Shown here: one piece after another, positions 1 through 12,714 of the stretch
Position numbering within the stretch: the stretch's first letter is position 1
Layout of the letters: the number at the start of each line of letters is the position of its first letter
NCBI GenBank assembly: GCA_043228905.1
Contig: JBHGNT010000011.1
Coordinates: 5,704,001 to 5,768,000 of the forward strand
Source: Azolla caroliniana
Lineage: Eukaryota; Plantae; Polypodiophyta
Direction of reading: 5' to 3'
Length of the DNA: 64,000 nucleotides
Program-made: the position numbers and the translations under genes
The notes under the pieces: generated by a model
What the model was told of the DNA's origin: nothing
The model's database searches: none
The model's input: the letters and a program-made list of their open reading frames with translations, nothing else

Positions 1-69
1 GGGTGCCTTGTTCATCCGTGGTCCTTCTCCAAAGCTTCTTCTTCATACTGCTTCTTCTTCTGTTTCCAG

Positions 70-513
70 GTATGTCAAGCTTCCTAGGTGTAAATAAAAT
101 CATGTTCGTGTTTGGAGGGTTTCAGGGTTTTATAGTTTTAGGGTTTAAGCTTTAAGCTGTAATGTTTTAGAGCTGCATGGTTGTATGGTTTAATCATGTT
201 CTATGGATGTCATTTCCCTAGGTTAATGTATTATTATCTAATGTGATTATTTAGGGTTTAGGGGAGCTTTAAACAAGGTTTAGAGAAGGTTTAAGATTAA
301 GGATTGGGGGAAAGTTTAAGTAGGATTTAGGGGAAGTTTAGGGCTAGGATTCAGGGAAGTTTACCGTTCCATGTATGAGATCTTCCTATGTTTAACTGTA
401 TCATTATCTCATGTGATAATTTGGGTTTTATGATTTAAGAAGGTTTACGGTTTAGGCTAATAGTTGGGGTTTAAAAGTTATACTTTTGCACGACCCAACA
501 GCTCAGACTGCAG
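70..513 (+). other. Probable first intron of PPR-1, rich in degenerate TTTAGGG (telomere/telo-box-like) motifs
   Basis: Canonical GTATGT donor at 70, AT/GT-rich body with many TTTAGGG/GGTTTA variants, and AG acceptors just before PPR-like coding begins. Confidence 0.55.
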
Positions 514-2671
514 TATAACTATTCGGGAATTTAAAGCTCTATGTAAGCAAGGTCATCTTCATAGTGCGATTCGCATCCTTTACTATCTAGAAGAACAGGG
601 ATACCAGAAGAGCTCATATACATATGTATGCCTTTTGCAAGGATGCACTCAATCTAATGCCTTAGAAGAAGGCAGGCTTATTCATGGTGATGTTGTAAAA
701 CATGACCTGAACCCGAATATCTTCATCTCTAGTACAATTATTCATATGTATGCTCGATTGGGTAGCATTGAAGATGCTCAGGTTGTATTTGATGGTATGC
801 CAGAACGGAATTTGGTCACATGGAGTACTATGATTGAAGCTTATTGCCAACATGAGAAATATGAAGAAGCACTTGATGCTTTCTTGAGGATGAGAAAGGA
901 AGATTTGGTACCTGATCTGGTCAACTTTGCTAGTGTTTTCAAGGCTTGCGCTGGTCTCAGAGACCTTGCAAGAGGGAAGACTATTCATGAGCTCCTGAAA
1001 AGAAGTGGAATCAAGGCAAATAATATGTTGGGAAACTCTCTCCTCAATATGTATATGAAATGTGGTAGTATGAACGATGCAAGGGAAGTGTTCGATAACA
1101 TGGAAGAAAGAGATGCAGGGTCTTGGAGTATTATCATTTCAGGATATGCAAAGAATGGAAATGCGGGTGAAGCAATGCGTTTGTTCCAGAACATGCAATA
1201 TTCTAATATAGAACCTGATGAAGTGACATTTTTGAGTATCTTAAATGCATGTGCTGTAATTGGAGATTTGGAACAACTGAACAAAATTTATGATCACATC
1301 AAGAAGAGTGGAGCAAAACTTAGCAATTTCACATGGAATACACTCATTGATGTGTATGCCAAGTGCGGCAGCTTAACAGATGCTCAAAATCTTTTCCTAG
1401 AGATTATGGAACGAGATGCTGTTACTTGGAATGCAATGATTGCAGGGTTGACCAAGCATGGGCATCACGGAGATGCTGTAAGGTTGCACGGACAAATGCT
1501 TATGGAGGGAATTCATCCCGACCCAGTCAGTTTTGTAAGTGTTCTCAATGCTTGTACGGCATCTGAAGACTTGGAATATGGCCAGCGGATCCACTCACAA
1601 ATATTCAAAAGCAAAGATTTTGTCAATGTTTTCGTGGAGAATGCTCTCGTTGATATGTATGCAAAATGTGGAAGCCTAACCACTGCGCGACAAGTGTTCG
1701 AGAATATGCGTAAGCGAAACATTGTCTCTTGGAACACAATGATAGCTGGTTATGGCAAACACAGCCTTGACCATGATGTTTTGCTACTCTTTGAGCGGAT
1801 GTGTGATGAAGGTGTGAAGCCAGATGAGTTCACATATGTAAGCTTGCTCAATGCATGCTCTACAATAGCAGCGTTAGAGCCAGGGATGCAAAGTCACCAT
1901 GACATTCTAATGAGCAATCATGAATTTGATGTGTTTGTGGGGAATGCTCTTATTGACATGTATGCGAAATGTGGGAGGATCATGGATGCTAACAAAGTCT
2001 TAGATAGAATGCCGGAAAAGAGTGTAGTATCATGGAATGCAATGTTGGCAGGATATGCCCAACATGGGTATGGGCATGAAGCTCTAATTTTAGCCCATCG
2101 AATGGGGTGTGAACAAACTGATCTCAACCATGTAAGTTTTGTGGGTATTCTTTCAGCTTGTAGCCATGCGGGATTAGTGGAAGAGGGTAGGTATTGTTTC
2201 CTGTTTATGACTTTCCATCACAAGGTTCCTCGAGCTGTAGAGCACTATGGATGCATGATTGACCTTCTTGGCCGAGCTGGTCATTTACAAGAGGCCGAGG
2301 AGCTTCTTAAAGGGATGCCAAATGATGCGAATGCTAGCATTGTGCTTTGGAGGGCTCTTCTAGGTGCATGTAGAATACATGGAAATATTGAGTTAGCTGT
2401 TCGTGTTGCGGAGCGTGTTCTCGATATGGATCCTGCCGACCCTGGAGTTCTCCTGCTATTGTCCAACATTCATACAACATCTGAACGCTCTTCGCAAGTG
2501 TGTCTCTTGGGCTTCGAGGATGAAGAAAGCATGATCATGATGATGAATGAGAAGGAAGAAGGTGAAGAAGAAGAAGAAGAAGAAGAAGAAGAAGAAGAAG
2601 AAGAAGAAGAAGAAGAAGAAGAAGAAGAGGAAGAGGAAGATGGGTGTAGAGGTTATGATGCATCTGCTTGA
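464..2671 (+). CDS. PLS-class PPR protein with E extension, no DYW domain (PPR-1; organellar RNA-editing specificity factor type)
   Basis: 735-aa ORF of tandem P-L-S triplets (NALVDMYAKCGS..A..VF..M..RNIVSWNTMIAGY), then EHYGCMIDLLGRAG and WRALLGACRIHGN (E region). The ORF-track start is a TTG; the true start probably lies in an upstream exon (donor CAG|GTATGT at 70, candidate acceptor AGs at 501/506/513). Confidence 0.93.
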   Translation: MGFKSYTFARPNSSDCSITIREFKALCKQGHLHSAIRILYYLEEQGYQKSSYTYVCLLQGCTQSNALEEGRLIHGDVVKHDLNPNIFISSTIIHMYARLGSIEDAQVVFDGMPERNLVTWSTMIEAYCQHEKYEEALDAFLRMRKEDLVPDLVNFASVFKACAGLRDLARGKTIHELLKRSGIKANNMLGNSLLNMYMKCGSMNDAREVFDNMEERDAGSWSIIISGYAKNGNAGEAMRLFQNMQYSNIEPDEVTFLSILNACAVIGDLEQLNKIYDHIKKSGAKLSNFTWNTLIDVYAKCGSLTDAQNLFLEIMERDAVTWNAMIAGLTKHGHHGDAVRLHGQMLMEGIHPDPVSFVSVLNACTASEDLEYGQRIHSQIFKSKDFVNVFVENALVDMYAKCGSLTTARQVFENMRKRNIVSWNTMIAGYGKHSLDHDVLLLFERMCDEGVKPDEFTYVSLLNACSTIAALEPGMQSHHDILMSNHEFDVFVGNALIDMYAKCGRIMDANKVLDRMPEKSVVSWNAMLAGYAQHGYGHEALILAHRMGCEQTDLNHVSFVGILSACSHAGLVEEGRYCFLFMTFHHKVPRAVEHYGCMIDLLGRAGHLQEAEELLKGMPNDANASIVLWRALLGACRIHGNIELAVRVAERVLDMDPADPGVLLLLSNIHTTSERSSQVCLLGFEDEESMIMMMNEKEEGEEEEEEEEEEEEEEEEEEEEEEEEEDGCRGYDASA
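2564..2626 (+). repeat. (GAA)21 microsatellite encoding poly-Glu at the C-terminus of PPR-1
   Basis: Perfect GAA run inside the ORF, continued by GAG GAA GAG GAA. Confidence 0.97.
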
Positions 2672-3179
2672 GTTTCCTCACATTCTTTTGATGAGTCATT
2701 CTAAAGTCGGGTGAGATTTTAATCAAATTTATATTTTTTTTATTCAGAAATCCCTTTCAGATCCAACACATTTCAGTACTTTATAAACAGGTCCATGAAA
2801 GTTGTGGAAAAACATGCTATCTACAGCAACACTAATGAAGAGTATAGCTTACCTTCTAGTTTGCTGAGGTTAGTTAAACCTTTATGATTTATATGATACA
2901 AAAGTGTACATTTAATCCATATGATTGCTGGTTATATTTATAGAGAATCGTACATGGAGGTCCTATTTATAGAACTTTCCATTGTATCTGTAAATTTCTA
3001 CTTTATATAATACAACCTAACCCAAACCTTCCTCATATTCTTGTAGTGGTACTAGATGGGATCAAAGAACAGCAGTCTAGCACTTGCTTGCAACAGAGAA
3101 AATTGTCAGGATGTTTGCTATGCAGTCATGCCAATTATTTAGATGCATTGAAGAATTGTGAAGAAATACACAGATCAAA

Positions 3180-3720
3180 CTCTACAGTCTAAGGTCTTGG
3201 TTTGAAAGATGCAAGGATCTTGAAGGAAAGAGTTGGTATGCTGTCGTAGGAACTAATCTATAACCAAGTGACATTCTCACAAGTCGAAACTGCGAACACA
3301 AAAATTATGAGGATGTTGTTCTGGAAGTAATTTCTCTTAAACAATATGCTTTGGTTGATGTCAGGGTCAAGAAAGACAAACATGCTAAGAGTTCAAAGAT
3401 TGTTGAACTTAAGGGTGGACTAATGGATTGGCTCATTTGAAGAAGACTGCTCAAGAAGGGTGGGCTACATTGTAGAAAACATACAAGACCAATATGCATC
3501 GCCAAATTTGCATGTGCAAGAATTTCTTTGGTGCTTCTATGAAGGGAAAAAATCCAGTAACCTGATCAATCATTATTCGAAGGGAAGGCTAACGTGATCA
3601 ATTGTGTTTCCTGAAGCACTTAATTAGTGATGAAGACTTGGCAATGATATTGTTGGCTAACCTTCCTTTCTTCAACGTCAACATGCCAAGGACTACAGGT
3701 TGTCCAGAGGGAAAAGTTAG
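3180..3720 (+). pseudogene. Highly decayed Ty1/copia gag relic
   Basis: From 3623 the sequence reads ISDEDLAMILLANLP, a typical copia Gag motif; surrounding frames are broken. Boundaries approximate. Confidence 0.5.
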
Positions 3721-4099
3721 AAGCAACAATTAAATCAATGCAACCATGCAAGTTCATCAGTTTCAAGCTAAGCAAGAGGATGGAATAGTACATCTGGTAA
3801 GATCGAAACCACTGGAATGTTGACAGTGGGAAATTGTGACAAGATTAGGAAGGAATAGAGAAAATGATGAGGATACTGTTTGGGCTTTCTTGTATTATAC
3901 ACATATTGCAGATTCACCTGTACAACAATGTTCCGTAAATAGGAATTAGAACTAAGGTTATTGATGATTATAACATTTAATAAATTGGAATTTTAGGGTG
4001 AACCAGACAATACTTGAAGTGGCATGATGTTTCTAAAAGATTTCCAAGTGCAAGTGGTTTTGTGAGGATATTTGCTGCCATCTCTTGAGCGGACTGAAA

Positions 4100-5900
4100 A
4101 TGCATTTATATACTTTGAGCCTCCACCTTTTTCCCCCTGTAAAGTGGTGATACATGAAAATTTGAAGGTGAAGAAGATTTTTGGTCAATCCTATGCTGGT
4201 AGCCTATTGTATAAATGAGTTGGAGATCCCTTTAGAAAACCAAGTTCAGCCAACAATTGTTTCCTTGTTTGTCTGCCAATGTCGTGACATACTCCACCTA
4301 ACAAGATGAAAGAGCCATGATTTTTCATGTCAACTTTGCCCAAGCAAGGACTGCTCTAATGTCATAACAATTTGCAGTGCTTCCTGCCAACGATGAGAAC
4401 CAGGTGGTTCATAAACTTACTAGACCAGAATGATCGAGTGAATTGATGTGTTTAGGATTGGGATTGATCACACAGACAATAACCAAACAAAGCAGAATAC
4501 AGATGGAAAAACAGTGCACACAAAATTTTACGTGGAAACCCTAAAACGGGGAAAAAACCACAGGACCCTCAGGGTGCCAAAACTTTAGGGGAATATCCAG
4601 AATACTTAAAGCTCCCAACCTTGGAAACAGCCATCGTCACTCTCAGTGGACGGAACAGAAACAGTAAGATATACAGCATAAACACACGTTTATGTATAAC
4701 TATATAATTTACACTTTTGGCCCTTAGCCGATCTTTAAACGGCTCTTAGCTGTTAGCCGGCTCCGAGGCGGCTTTCGGCCCTTAGCCGGCTTTCAGCTCT
4801 TAGCCAATCCTTAGCCAGCTTCCGGGCCTTCTCCCATGAGAAGGGAAACCAACATAACATGAATAATATCTAGCCTTGTGTTACCATGATATGCATTAAA
4901 CATCCGGCAACACTTAAATAAGGAAGTTGATAATTCTTTCTTTCTGACCATTTTATCCTGTCCACCATGAGAACCTTCCATTTGTTGTTACAGGAGTATC
5001 CTTGGAAAAATAATGTTCCAAGCCAAATCCTGTATAGTTGTGGTTGCCTGAGGTTCAAAGTGCAGTCCTGTTGGTTTCTAAACCAAGCAGGGTGTGATGA
5101 GCACCAAATCTGCCATCCCACCTCTTTTGACTGACCAGAAATGCGTATTCCGTTTTCTGCTTGGATCAATTCATGAACATAGACAACCACAATGAAAATC
5201 TGACTTTTATCTGACACATTCCATTCCACATCTGGAAGAATCTAAGTTTCTCCAAAAACTGTCTGTTTTCGTGTACCCAAGTTTCTTATGCATGTCTCCA
5301 AAAGCACAAAATCCGGATCCATCTGCTGTCATCTTGTTGCTGCTCATTGTTGAGTTCAGAATTTGTAATGTACTATCATTCTCTTCAAAATCCAGATCCA
5401 TCTGTTGTCATTATGTCACTCAGCCTTGAATCCAGAAGTTGTAATGTACTATCAGTGGTATCCCATTTGGGCTATTTATGACTCTTTATATCTTCGCATT
5501 GGTCCATCAGAAGCCACACTCATTTGGATGTGCTCATTGTGTTTGCCTCACAAGGTTTATGTTATGCTTCAACAAGTTCATTATCCGCCTTCTATTCTTG
5601 GCCTGAATTATGTATCAGCAACAAAGGAGTGACCTTCTCAAGGCGGTTTGTCCTCGCTCGGCCTAGAGTAGTAGTCTATTGCTCTTTCCGTGTCCCATTT
5701 TGTATGTTCTGTAAGGGAACATTCCTTAGGCTTGTCGCAGCCATTTCTTCACTCTTTTGAGAAACAATGTTTCTCTCTTTTTCTAGAGATTTGATCTGCT
5801 TTCCATGGAGCCAAACAACCTTCCTGAGCTTGCCAAATGTGCAATCTCCTCACTTAATCAGCCTAAAACGGATGATGTTTGCATCATCGTCCCCCTTGAC
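4100..5900 (-). pseudogene. Possible decayed LINE ORF2 (RT) relic, interrupted by a solo LTR
   Basis: Minus-strand fragments weakly resemble LINE RT segments (AVLAWAK..VDMK near 4325-4355; GFLKGSP near 4220-4240). Boundaries approximate. Confidence 0.3.
4444..4859 (-). mobile_element. Solo LTR (copia-like), 416 bp
   Basis: TG..CA ends flanked by a perfect TSD TGAAT (4439-4443 and 4860-4864). The minus strand carries the copia LTR motif GTGGTTTTTT..GGGTTTCCACGT, also present in the LTR of element C. Confidence 0.85.
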
Positions 5901-7792
5901 AACTCAATAGTCCATTGGACATTTCTATAGGTGGCATGAGCTAGAACCACCCTATTCATTGCTAACAATGTGGCTAAAATAGCATTCACTCTTCACCATG
6001 GTATGTGTCCCAACTATCTTTCTATGCATTTGGTTAAGGGAAAACGGTGTGGTGTTTGAGCATTGAAATGCAATATTGTCTATTGTGGAAATGCAATATT
6101 GTCTATGTGGAGATGGCAACACATGTCCTCACAAGGCCACTTGCAATGGAAGTCATTCTAGAACACCATCATGTCTCTTTATAAATCATCATTTCCTATT
6201 CATGGAACTTACCATTGTACATATGGAATATCTTCTTTGTATGTAATACAAGCACAAGCTCAAACATAGGAGTCTTATCATTTTCTCTAATAACTCTTAT
6301 TAAAGGCCTTGCAAAGCACAACATTAGATTTAAAAGCATTTCAAACAACTTGGTCGCAACAAGATGTCCACACACTTACGTTTGTGTGGACCTACCTATT
6401 TATGTTTTTCGTTGGTTTGGGGTAATTTATTGAGGGTATGGGTTAATAAACGTTATAGTAAAATTGTCATAATTATGCTTGTTACTTTGGCTTAGTGTTT
6501 ACTCGGTTGAAATGTGTCTCTCCATCAAGGCAACTGACTATCTCCATCAAAGTGGTGATTCTAGTATTGATCAACAAAAGCTAACTTATGATGTATAGCA
6601 AAGGTGCATTTATTGCACTTAAAATAAGCATCCATTAGAAATAGAATTGAGATTAGGGTTTATTAATTAGCATTAATTTAGGTAATTGTGCACATGTACT
6701 TATTAATGATATAATGAGTTGTTTTTCTAATTGAGAACAATGATCTATTTTGGACTGAACATTATCATTCAGTTGATTATTTATTATACACAAGCATTTG
6801 AAGAATTAAGAATTCAAACAATATCTTTAAATAAACACCATTGGCACTTCAAGATTCACCTCTTTGTCATGAAAAACGTTTCCATAATATTCTTTAACTT
6901 CAATGCAAATTTATAAGTGGACATTCCATTAATCACCTATCTATCACGAGAAAAGTTTCCATAATATTCTTGTAACAACTTCAATACATTTATAAATGGA
7001 CCTACCATTAATGTGTGGAAAGGATCCACCCATGAACATTTCCTTGCTTTTTTAGAGTTATGATTTTTTACTATAGTAACCCATCCTAAGAAGCTACACT
7101 CTATATACCATGAAAATGAAAAGAATAGACAAAACAAGTAGCTTCAATACATCCATGACAACTAGTTTCGAAGTGATGACACAAATACTTTGCACCTTCG
7201 ACATTTGCTCATTGATGCATGTCATATATGTTAAGAAGGTGTACCTATTATGGTTAAATCTTACTTAGGATATCATGGCGTGTGTAGACTTGACCTATAG
7301 AAATGTGTATGTCGATTTTGGCATTGCAACTTGTGATATAGAATTCAACAAATGTCCCTCTTTTGCACATGTAACTGAAGGAGATACCTAAAGTTGTGAT
7401 GTATTAATTACATCCTTGCATGGGCTCGTAACTATGGCCTTCTTAAGATATTTCCCAACCTAAGCTACAAGGATATACATTGATCCCTTACATGTGGCAC
7501 ATGCCAACCACACTTTTAGCCTTAAGTAATTAGGTTGTGTATCCCCCATGCCTAAGAGGATCAACAAGACTTGAGCACTTATCCCTACATAGAATCCTTT
7601 GATTGTGTAACTAAACATTAAGGAAAGGCAACTTTTCAGTTTCTGTTGAACCATCCAATATTTAGTTTGATGACATGCAATTACATTGCATAAAATACCT
7701 TCTTTGTTTTAGTTGGGAGCTTATACATTGAACCCTAAACTGAATGAATGTCTTGGTGCACTAAATTAGGCCCTTTAGCAACTAGTATGCAA

Positions 7793-8159
7793 GGTATATG
7801 ATTGATGTGTATACACTAGGGCCAGATGGTCAACATCCTATTATTTGTTTTGATGATTACAACAAGCTAAGCTTGAGCTCGAGGATTTAACACAAGGATG
7901 ATCTAACAATCATAGTCCTAATAGTTGGGCTCCTCCCAAGCTTAGGCTAGTGAAGCCATCATATAATGTTTAATGTCAACTACACTTGCCAAATATGGTA
8001 TATGATTGATGTATGTACACTAAGGTTTGATGATCAACGCCACAACATTTGTTTCGACGACTAAAGGGTTTTCAACAAGCTAACTTAGAGCTTGAGGACC
8101 CAAGCTTAGGCTAGTGAGCCATCATATAATGTCCCAAGTATAAACGAGACTTGCCAAAA
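7793..8159. repeat. Degenerate tandem duplication, unit ~200 bp
   Basis: GGTATATGATTGATGT..ACACTA at 7793 and 7997; CCCAAGCTTAGGCTAGTGA(A)GCCATCATATAATGT at ~7935 and ~8099. Confidence 0.8.
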
Positions 8160-8238
8160 TAAGACATCCCCCCTTTTTTATTCATAAAAATTCTCCGATG
8201 AAGTAAATCTTTGGGTGTCAAAAACTATGTGATAGAGA

Positions 8239-8730
8239 TCATTCTACCTCGATTCCGAGGAAGTAGTGGAGCTCCTTCATGTCCGTCATCTCGAACTTGT
8301 CGGAAAGGAGGGATTTGACCTTATTGATTTCGACGAGATGCTCACCTCCAATGACTAGGTCATCCACATATAAGATGATGACGATCGGACTTGCGGAATC
8401 GCTTCGTATGTAGAGGGAGTTGTCTGATTTTGACATACGTAAGCCGATTTGATGAAGATATTGCGTTACCTTCGAATGCCAAGCATGTGGTGCTTGCTTG
8501 AGGCCGTAGAGTGGCTTCTTGAGTCGGCATACAACTTTCAGATGGATGCTCGAGTTGAAGCCGGGTGGTTGTATCATGTACACCTCCTCTTCTAATTCGC
8601 CTTGTAGAAAGGCATTCTTGACGTCCATTTGACGGAGGTGCCACCCTTTCGCTGCTGCAAGCGCTATCACGATTCACACGGTTGTCATCTTTGCCACCGG
8701 GGCAAAGGTCTCTTCATAGTCGACGCCCTT
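8239..8730 (-). pseudogene. Isolated Ty1/copia reverse transcriptase fragment (family close to elements A/E)
   Basis: [33 protein letters not shown] and LYVDDL motifs; no LTRs around it. Confidence 0.92.
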
Positions 8731-9029
8731 GATTGAGGAAGAAACTAGAAAATGGTCTTGAGGTTTCTTTTCCTCGTGTGGATAGGGGTGGTGAGAAGTG
8801 TAGGGACATTCTTGGAAATAAAGGGGAAGTGAAGGGGGGGCATTTTGGAGATTTTCCAATACCATATGGAGATCCATCATTACCCCAATATCATAAAAGC
8901 CACCTTAATCAGATAATATGAACAATATGGCCTCAATGGCTATAGCTATGGCTATGGCATCTTCCTTGGTTTCATAGAGTATGAGATTTCCATTTCCTGC
9001 AATGACCCATCTTTGATCTAATTACAAAG

Positions 9030-11723
9030 ATGCCATTGGTGAGCATACTAGAGGACCCCTTTTGTTGCTCCTCAGAGCTACCTTCCATCGACCATTCTCT
9101 GCACCTTCTACGCAAGATCAAGCAAAACAGAGACTTAAATCATGCCAATAGAGTCATATTTGAGCTCACAAGTCGTGGTTTAGATCTACATATATCTATC
9201 AGAGACTATATAGTCCCTATGCTCGTAGAATGTGGTTCCTCTGCCTCATTTACTCATCAAGTATTCAATCGTTTGCCTTGTGCTAATGAATACACATGGA
9301 CCTCATTAATACAAGTCTATATTGATAATGGGTTCTTTGAATTTGCCCTAGATTTGTTCACTTTGATGCAAAGTGATGGTATTGAACCCACTAGTTATAC
9401 CCTGGTAGCACTTTTGAAGGCTTGTTTGTGCCTCAAAGATCTCGAGAAAGGAAGAGAAATCCATTCGTATGTTTTAAACAATGGGTTTCATAAGAATGCT
9501 TATGTTGGAAGCACTCTCATTGATTTGTATTCGAAATGTGGTTGTATGGATGAGGCTAGAGAAACATTTGAACTATTGCCGAATATGAACGATGAAGAAA
9601 TTGTGGTTCGGAATGCATTGATGGCTGGCTATGCTGAGAATGGATATGCCAAAGAAGCTCTTGAATGCTTGGATGAAATGAAGCAACATGGTGTTGTACC
9701 AGATGTGGTCACTCTTGTTTGTGGTCTAAAAGCCTGTGGAGTTATTGGAGAGATCGAGAAAGGTCAGATTTTAGAATCCGAGGTTATCATAAGGGGTTTT
9801 GATAGAGATATTATTGTCGGTAATAGTTTGATTGGTATGTATGTGAATTGCGGTCTAATTTCTGAGGCACTAAAGGTATTTCAACTTCTGTCGGTTTGTA
9901 ATGTTGTCTCTTGGAACACATTGATTTCACACTATGCTGAGTTTGGGCCATGGATAGAAGCATTGAATCACTTTGAATCCATGCAAAAAGAAAAGATATT
10001 GCCTGATTTTATCACCTTTTGTTGTATTATTAAGGCTTGCACTAATCTAAGAGATTTACAGAAGGGTCAAATTCTACACATGGAGATTATGATGAAAGGA
10101 TTTGAACAAAAAGTTAATGTTGGCAATTCGTTGACTAACATGTATGTAAATTGTGGGTGTTTTTTGGAGGCTTGGCGTGTTGTTTATGGATTACGAGATC
10201 GGGGAGTGGTTACATGGAACACTTTGATCACATCTTATGCTGAAAATGGGCTTGGTGAGGAAGCATTGAGATGTTTTGTACTCATGCAGGCTGAAAATAT
10301 CCTACCAAATCAGATCACGTTGGTTTCAGTATTTAAGGCTTGTGGTAGCATTGGAGCTATTCAGAAAGGCTATGAATTACATATGGAGATGGAGCAGCAA
10401 AAGTCTGAAATGAATGTTTCCATTGGGAATGCTCTAATAGGTATGTATGCTGAATGTGGTTTCGTATTAAAAGCCGAAGAAATCTTTAATACTATGCCTT
10501 TTCGGAATGTCGCTTCATGGATTGCACTTATAGCAGGTTATACTCAAAATGGATTCAATCAAAGTGCTCTTGAAAGCTTTGATAATATGAATTCACATGG
10601 TGTTTCTCCAACAAATGCCACCTTTTCGTCCATATTGAAAGCTTGTGGTAAGAGAGGAGTGACATGCAAGGGTAGAGAAATTCACAACATGATCATCAAG
10701 AGAGGCCTAGAAAATGATGTTTCGGTTGGGAATAGTTTGATCGATATGTATGTGAATATGGGTTTACTTGATGAGGCCCAATTTGTTTTTGATAACTTGC
10801 TAGTGAGAGATGTTGTGGCTTGGAGCTCAATGATAAGAGGATGTGGTACAAATCATGAGGTCAATTTGGCGATATATTTATTTGAGGCTATGCAAAGAGA
10901 TGGTGTGAAACCAAATGCTATTACATTCACGTGCCTTTTGACTGCATGTTGCCATGGTAGACTCATCACTAAGGGCCGAGATTACTTCAGAATGATGAGA
11001 GAAGAACATCACATCTTGCCGACAATAGAACACTATACTTGTATGGTTGATCTCCTTGCGAGGTCGGGGAACCTTCACGAGGCAGAGAGATTCATTGAGA
11101 TGTTGAACATTTCATCTCAAAGTATATGGGCAGCCTTGTTAAATAGCTGTAGAACTTATGTAGATCCAGAGCTTGGCATACGATGCTTTAGTGAGCTTGT
11201 TGGGGTTCATCCAGAAGATGCGACATGGTATGTGCTTATGTCATCTATACATGTGAGTGCTGGGAGGTGTGAGGATGCCTTTAAGATAGAGGAGGTAAGA
11301 AGACATGCTGGAGCAAAGAAGAAGAATGCTAGAGCTTCCATAGAAGTTAATGGACAGATACATACATTTACTGTGGGAGAAGCACAATGTGATCGAGTTT
11401 CCGAAATGCTGAAGGACATGAACATCCACATCCAAGAAGAAAGACATTTTGTGGATATAGATTCGGTTTCAAAGCTCATTCATGATGAGAGTAAGGAAAC
11501 TTCCTTGTGTGATCATGCCGAGAAAGTAGCTATTGCATTTGGGCTTCTTAATACTCCACAAGGCCAGACTTTACGTGTGACGAAAAACTTGAAGATGTGC
11601 AATGACTGTCATAGTGCTAGCAAGATCATATCTCAGCACAAGAAACGGGAAATCATTGTTCGAGATGAATCATGCATTCATCGTTTCAAGGATGGTATAT
11701 GCTCTTGCGGTGATACATTTTGA
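9030..11723 (+). CDS. PLS-class PPR-DYW protein with DYW:KP-like deaminase domain (PPR-2; candidate U-to-C RNA editing factor)
   Basis: 897-aa uninterrupted ORF: PLS array, E1/E2, then [11 protein letters not shown], zinc motif HAEK..CNDCH, and terminus [14 protein letters not shown]. Confidence 0.93.
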   Translation: MPLVSILEDPFCCSSELPSIDHSLHLLRKIKQNRDLNHANRVIFELTSRGLDLHISIRDYIVPMLVECGSSASFTHQVFNRLPCANEYTWTSLIQVYIDNGFFEFALDLFTLMQSDGIEPTSYTLVALLKACLCLKDLEKGREIHSYVLNNGFHKNAYVGSTLIDLYSKCGCMDEARETFELLPNMNDEEIVVRNALMAGYAENGYAKEALECLDEMKQHGVVPDVVTLVCGLKACGVIGEIEKGQILESEVIIRGFDRDIIVGNSLIGMYVNCGLISEALKVFQLLSVCNVVSWNTLISHYAEFGPWIEALNHFESMQKEKILPDFITFCCIIKACTNLRDLQKGQILHMEIMMKGFEQKVNVGNSLTNMYVNCGCFLEAWRVVYGLRDRGVVTWNTLITSYAENGLGEEALRCFVLMQAENILPNQITLVSVFKACGSIGAIQKGYELHMEMEQQKSEMNVSIGNALIGMYAECGFVLKAEEIFNTMPFRNVASWIALIAGYTQNGFNQSALESFDNMNSHGVSPTNATFSSILKACGKRGVTCKGREIHNMIIKRGLENDVSVGNSLIDMYVNMGLLDEAQFVFDNLLVRDVVAWSSMIRGCGTNHEVNLAIYLFEAMQRDGVKPNAITFTCLLTACCHGRLITKGRDYFRMMREEHHILPTIEHYTCMVDLLARSGNLHEAERFIEMLNISSQSIWAALLNSCRTYVDPELGIRCFSELVGVHPEDATWYVLMSSIHVSAGRCEDAFKIEEVRRHAGAKKKNARASIEVNGQIHTFTVGEAQCDRVSEMLKDMNIHIQEERHFVDIDSVSKLIHDESKETSLCDHAEKVAIAFGLLNTPQGQTLRVTKNLKMCNDCHSASKIISQHKKREIIVRDESCIHRFKDGICSCGDTF

Positions 11724-12666
11724 TGATGAAAATGGAAAATGTGCAAGACAGTTTGCCTTGGGATGAAGCTGAAGTTAGTTTTGGCTCTGAATATATATAT
11801 ATATAACCAATGATATTCTGTTTCGGAAAGTTACAAGGATCAGAAACACAAAATGCTTCAAAGAAGACAAACAAGAACAGGAAGTGCAAACATAGCAGGC
11901 CAAATGGATGCCAAAGTTAAATATCTGAAATCGGTAACCCTACATGAATAGTTTACCTAATGAATGAGTACCACAAGTCAGGAGTTGGTGCACATATTCA
12001 CTCTACAATTACCATAGTTCTAGAAACTATGATTGAGTTAACGAGGCATTTGCAGTTGAGAGTGTACATGAGAGTTTATAGTTACATGTGAATGGCTTAA
12101 TTTTGGAGACAAGCATATGACTACTTACACAAGTTCACCATGTAAGTTATCCAGGGTTATCGGAGGGCCAAACTCTCGTTTGACCTCCATAGATCGTCAT
12201 TTGGTGACAAATTACCTTGAAATGTGGCATAAAGAGGTCCCCCAAGGTACTGTTGCAACACTACAACAGGATGTGGTTACCGTGTTTATTTGTCCCATTA
12301 ACTCAATATTTGCCCTGTTTTCTTTATCAAAAGATCAAAACCAGAGCTACAAAAGACATGGGGTTCCTCTTTGTGAACAGATCGAGAAAAGAAGTTATTG
12401 CGTATTGCCTTTCCGAACCTTTGGTATATACATTGGTAATTTGCCAATGCTCATGTTCAAGCATATGCATTGGACCCAAAGGTTGTAAGATATTGTTGAA
12501 TATGTAGATTACCATGTGATTAATTGGGGTTCATGTACAAGATCTTGTATCATTATCAAGGTCATCGAGCATCTCATTCCTTTATGTCATGTCTCTTGTA
12601 AGAGTAGCCCTAGCTTTACTATGTTAACACTACTAATTATCTTAACTATCACACTACACACATTCC

Positions 12667-12701
<35 letters not shown>

Positions 12702-12714
12702 AACTATCAAATCT

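Noticed and set aside
5900-7700. Short ORFs in AT-rich intergenic DNA
   Set aside because: No recognisable domains or splice structure; probably very old repeat debris.
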